A stretch of DNA of 64,000 nucleotides from contig NMRA01000161.1 in the NCBI GenBank assembly GCA_002633005.1, positions 621,990-685,989 of the forward strand, in the 5' to 3' direction. The notes beneath the pieces are model-generated. The model had not been told where the DNA came from, made no database searches, and saw nothing but the letters and a program-made list of their open reading frames with translations. Positions 61,301-64,000 of the stretch are shown here, piece by piece. A program made the translations under genes and the position numbers. How positions within the stretch are numbered: position 1 is the stretch's first letter; each line of letters starts with the position of its first letter. This DNA is from Phoronis australis. Taxonomy: Eukaryota; Animalia; Phoronida.

Positions 61301-63614
61301 TTAAGTCAAATGAACAAATTGCTATGAAAAGTCTGAATACACTATTATTGATAAAATGCATGCTTTATACACTTTAAATACACGCTTTCCAATGATTCCC
61401 ATTTCAGGCTGGTCCTGCCGTCAGACACAAGTGCCTTCAAGCATTACTACGTATGATCTATTACGGGCCACCTGCTCTACTGAAAGATGTACTTAGGAAC
61501 CAGCCTATTTCTAGGTAACACAAACTCACTGCAGTCTCAGTTCTGCTGTGAACATTCTAATAAAAGAAAAACCTGGCTTGTTATATCTCACATGTCCATG
61601 GTAGCTCACAGAGATTAGGACCAGTGATAGTGCAGTAGTGTACCAAACCTTTGACAAAGTCTTGACAGGTGATGCTGCGTACACTTTTTCGAAATCGCAA
61701 CAAAATTACTGTGCACAAAGAAACGATATGATGCATTGATGTTGCAATATTGTCAGACTAAACTGCTATTTATTGCAATGAGTGTTCAAGTTGGCAAGAA
61801 GTTTGTCCAAGCTTGGCCGAGTGTAACTGACTTCTGTTAAAGTCTGTCTAGTTTATTTTCAAAACTAATCTACTAGTATTAACTAAAATCAAATTGAGCT
61901 TGATTTTACTGTCTGCTTCATAGCCTGAAGCTGTAAGTTGCCTTTCATCTTCTAGTCATATAGCGGCCATGTTGGCCTCCCAAGACCTAAAGATTGTGGT
62001 TGGAGCCCTACAGATGGCAGTAATTCTGATGGAGAAGATACCTGATGTGTTCAGTGTATACTTCCGTAGAGAAGGTATGCTTGTGTGTCGGTTTCTCTGG
62101 ATGATGGCTTGCTTGTGTGTCAGTTTCTCTGGATGATGGCTTTGGGTTTCCTTGCTGTTTTTGATGGATGGCCAGAGATTATTCATTGGGGTGATTGATG
62201 TATGTTAGTAGGTTGTATTGTAGTGTTTAGTATTGTAACTACTATTAATTTGTTGACAACTGGTGTGTATTGTGTAGGATTCTATTGTCAGTGTGGTAAG
62301 AATTCCAGGAATTTTGTGATACAGTATGAACTGTACACCTTGTCATAGTATATGGTGTGTTATTGTCACCAAATCTTAATTGTTGACCCAGAATGTCAAT
62401 GATATTTAGGCTTTATGGGGGCAAAGTTTGTGATGTCCTTTCTCCTACAATTGCTAACACTGACCACGAATTTTGTTACAATATTGAAAAAATGATTATG
62501 AGTAAATACACAGAAAGGCATCAAGTAGGACGCGATATATTCAAGTGGTATTCAATTTACCTGGATACTTTTCAAGTGGTATTCAATTTACCTGGATACT
62601 TTTCAAGTGGTATTCAATTTACCTGGATACTTTTTTTCAGGTGTGATGCACCAGATCCAGCTGATCTCGGAAGCCCCACCCACCAAACAGCAGGACGCCG
62701 CCGGTGCCGAGGGCATGGAGAGCTCGTCCAAGGAAAGCCTGTCTAGTGGCGACAGCTATGAGAGGAAGGAGCATGACAAACCAACCAGCTCCGCTCAGCT
62801 GTGAGTTATTGACATGGTTTGGCTGTGTTGTGTTAGTTGCCTGAGGGATGTGTTTTCTGGCCTTTGCACTAGGATTGTTGCTGTGCTCTATCGCACTGTA
62901 TTAAGCAGAGATCAGTTTTGTTGCTATAAGATGTACCTGCTGTCATGTGGTACTACATAAAGTTGTTTCACCATCCGCACACTAAGTTTATGTGGTATGG
63001 ACAAAACAGGGTACCCTGGACATCAGCACGTACGCTGGTTTTCTGCGATATCAGTTTTTTTGCCACAACATGTTTGGCTTCAGATTTCTTATCAGTTAAT
63101 GCAAACACTGTTCATGCGTTAGTGATGTCTTCGGTGAAACATCTTTGTATTAAATAACTTATGTGGTATTTCTTCACTTATCCGCAAAAATATAAGTGTC
63201 AAGATTACTATTTTTTATTTTGTGGTGTAATGAGGCTGTGTACTGCCACACTAATGTTTCATCATGCTATAATGGCAGTGTAACTGGCCTTTTGAAGTAC
63301 TCCTTGCCTTACCTAGCTTGCAAAACTATCTATGTCATCGAAGATGGAGAATCAAGGCTGTTTTGTTCTTTTGGCATATCACATGAGCAGTGTATTTAAT
63401 GCCGTGTGCAAATGGGTCACTCAAAATGTTAATTGCTCTGAAATTTGGTTGTCCTTTGGTTGACAAATACAACAATCAGTGGTGATTGTGTTTAGGAAAC
63501 TAAGCGATGTCCTAAAGAGGAAAAAGCCGGCCAGGCGTGGTGGTGGAACCAGCAGGAAAGGGGGTCGCTCAGATGATGTGGAGATGTCTAATAGTAGGGG
63601 GAAAACATCTTCAA
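37287..63614 (+). CDS. TRIP12: E3 ubiquitin-protein ligase TRIP12 (Ufd4/ctrip family), 5' part; the HECT domain lies beyond the window
   Basis: Exons encode [77 protein letters not shown], a WWE domain and KLSDVLKRK, all matching recalled human TRIP12. Splice phases are consistent. Confidence 0.96.
40474..41757 (+). mobile_element. Helentron-associated non-autonomous element (HINE/DINE-1-like) with internal tandem repeats
   Basis: 5' TTTTTATGCGCCCA subterminal repeat followed by a degenerate GTCY/GGC microsatellite; about 435-bp internal higher-order repeats; 3' GTGGGCACAT, a short AACG..CGTT palindrome and a T-run; same 5' end as 63762. Confidence 0.75.
44548..45089 (+). mobile_element. hAT-like MITE family B with 5-bp TSD
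   Basis: CAGAGCTCGA...TCAAGCCCTG flanked by AGGTG/AGGTG; duplicate at 47844-48379, diverged copy at about 34300-34779. Confidence 0.75.
47844..48379 (+). mobile_element. hAT-like MITE family B (copy in the duplicated block)
   Basis: CAGGGCTCGA...TCAAGCCCTG flanked by AGGTG/AGGTG. Confidence 0.75.
49628..50041. repeat. 34-bp minisatellite, about 12 near-identical copies
   Basis: Unit GATAAGGTTCTACATTAATGTAAGGGTTGTTGGA, contiguous, with no spacers. Confidence 0.97.
50183..50385. repeat. About 200-bp near-perfect palindrome (foldback MITE)
   Basis: GGTAAATAAAACAACAAGAATGGATCAA...TTGATCCATTCTTGTTGTTTTATTTACC; arms pair up to the centre CAATTG at about 50277-50282. Confidence 0.9.
50549..51448 (+). 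CDS. TRIP12: TRIP12 large Ser/Lys-rich disordered exon
   Basis: 900-nt open frame ending [17 protein letters not shown] (human SLRRSTRQKTTGSCAST); TTTCCAG acceptor, GTGAGT donor. Confidence 0.88.
51806..51960 (+). CDS. TRIP12: TRIP12 exon
   Basis: [15 protein letters not shown]...GADEQAPQ; TAG-CAG-TAG acceptor; donor GTGAGC. Confidence 0.85.
52970..53041 (+). CDS. TRIP12: TRIP12 exon
   Basis: [24 protein letters not shown]. Confidence 0.9.
53045..53642. repeat. Degenerate ~20-bp minisatellite
   Basis: Unit approximately ATAGTTGTTAGTAGGGGRWT, starting just after the 53041 donor. Confidence 0.92.
53991..54086 (+). CDS. TRIP12: TRIP12 exon
   Basis: [32 protein letters not shown]; donor GTAAGT, with an alternative in-frame donor 6 nt earlier. 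Confidence 0.9.
54353..54438 (+). CDS. TRIP12: TRIP12 exon
   Basis: [28 protein letters not shown]. Confidence 0.92.
54845..55042 (+). CDS. TRIP12: TRIP12 exon (ARM region)
   Basis: [16 protein letters not shown]...TIPVFLEK; donor GTAAGT. Confidence 0.95.
55189..55281 (+). CDS. TRIP12: TRIP12 exon (ARM region)
   Basis: [31 protein letters not shown]. Confidence 0.94.
55236..55500 (+). repeat. 60-bp tandem repeat derived from an exon 3' end plus its donor
   Basis: Three intronic copies of GTCACGGAGACACAGCAAGGCCATTCTACAGGCT-GTAAGTTAT. Confidence 0.9.
56137..56421 (+). CDS. TRIP12: TRIP12 exon (ARM region)
   Basis: [19 protein letters not shown]...MLTSVQQL. Confidence 0.94.
56784..56895 (+). 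CDS. TRIP12: TRIP12 exon
   Basis: [37 protein letters not shown]. Confidence 0.92.
57296..57410 (+). CDS. TRIP12: TRIP12 exon (copy 1)
   Basis: [38 protein letters not shown]; 115 nt, phase 1-2. Confidence 0.85.
57606..58104 (-). mobile_element. hAT-like MITE family A, copy 4 (polymorphic; empty site at about 58714-58719)
   Basis: Perfect TIR and perfect 6-bp TSD AGTCCA; absent from the adjacent duplicate block. Confidence 0.93.
58410..58524 (+). CDS. TRIP12: TRIP12 exon (copy 2; probable allelic duplicate in the assembly)
   Basis: Same peptide as 57296-57410 with one synonymous change; the duplicated block starts right after the N at 58300. Confidence 0.6.
58607..58797 (-). mobile_element. 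TIR-bounded element with a tRNA-like core (interrupted copy at about 57493-58188)
   Basis: Imperfect inverted arms of about 45 bp enclose a 73-nt tRNA-like sequence at 58663-58735 with A box TGGATCAGTGG and B box GGATCGAGTCC. Confidence 0.7.
59132..59288 (+). CDS. TRIP12: TRIP12 exon (start of the WWE domain)
   Basis: [14 protein letters not shown]...[22 protein letters not shown]. Confidence 0.93.
59598..60053. mobile_element. Tc1/mariner (pogo/Tigger-like) MITE
   Basis: TA|CAGTGGAGCCCAATTAATGTCAT...ATGACATTGAGTGGGCTCCACTA|TA. Confidence 0.8.
60429..60734 (+). CDS. TRIP12: TRIP12 exon (rest of the WWE domain)
   Basis: [42 protein letters not shown]...[17 protein letters not shown]. Confidence 0.93.
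61408..61514 (+). CDS. TRIP12: TRIP12 exon
   Basis: [35 protein letters not shown]. Confidence 0.92.
61956..62074 (+). CDS. TRIP12: TRIP12 exon
   Basis: [39 protein letters not shown]. Confidence 0.93.
62541..62632. repeat. ~32-bp tandem repeat x3 abutting a TRIP12 acceptor
   Basis: TTCAAGTGGTATTCAATTTACCTGGATACTT repeated. Confidence 0.85.
62641..62800 (+). CDS. TRIP12: TRIP12 exon
   Basis: [14 protein letters not shown]...KPTSSAQL; donor GTGAGT. Confidence 0.88.
63496..63614 (+). CDS. TRIP12: TRIP12 exon (3' boundary uncertain)
   Basis: [14 protein letters not shown]...; putative donor A|GTAAGA. Confidence 0.75.
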
Positions 63615-63761
63615 GTAAGAGTTTCGGAGAATTGTCTTATGGCATTGTTCTTGTATTAGGTATTTACATGGAAGTTTTTGTTGCTGTTGAATACCAATTC
63701 TTTTTAATCGGTTTTATTTACACAGACGTTGCTAAACTGCAATATAAGATTAGATGATCAA

Positions 63762-64000
63762 TTTTTATGCGCCCACATATTTATATGTGGACGCATTATG
63801 CCGTCATCTCCGTCCGTCCGTCCGTCCGTCCGGGCGGCGTCCGGCGTCCGCTGCTCTATCTCCAAAACCCTTTGACATACGTTCATGAAATTTGGCACAT
63901 ATGTTCCATTCATGAATGGGACGGCATGTGCGAACTTTCGCACGGATCCGACTACCGGTGTGCCCCCTAGTGGCAATTTTAGTTTTTTACGCTTACCTTT
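63762..64000 (+). mobile_element. HINE-like element, 5' end (cut by the window edge)
   Basis: TGCGCCCACATAT-T-TATATGTGGACGCA stem, (CGTC)n microsatellite, then the same repeat unit as about 40560-40690. Confidence 0.8.

Overview
Intron-rich, AT-rich animal DNA, probably from a heterozygous invertebrate draft assembly; it is not prokaryotic. Two large genes lie head-to-head. On the minus strand is a nearly complete CEP135/TSGA10-family centriolar coiled-coil gene: 23 coding exons from 33216 to about 513/523, about 1220 aa, all junctions GT-AG and phase-consistent. On the plus strand is the 5' part of the HECT E3 ligase TRIP12: ATG at 37287, then a disordered N-terminus, ARM repeats and a WWE domain, running past 64000. 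A candidate shared promoter lies at about 35.65-35.95 kb. The introns hold many non-autonomous DNA transposons: hAT-like MITEs with 6-bp and 5-bp target-site duplications (TSDs), Tc1/mariner-like MITEs, Helentron-associated (HINE-like) elements carrying CTCF-like motifs, a foldback palindrome, and a tRNA-like cassette bounded by terminal inverted repeats (TIRs). Several minisatellites are also present. Two local duplications sit at assembly Ns and look like uncollapsed haplotypes; one shows the filled and empty alleles of a MITE insertion. The most notable observations are (1) a candidate internal first exon that could give a TSGA10-like short isoform, (2) exon 3' ends recurrently copied in decaying tandem arrays into the next intron, and (3) the TIR-flanked tRNA-like element. 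Protein identities rest on recalled human sequences, not on searches.
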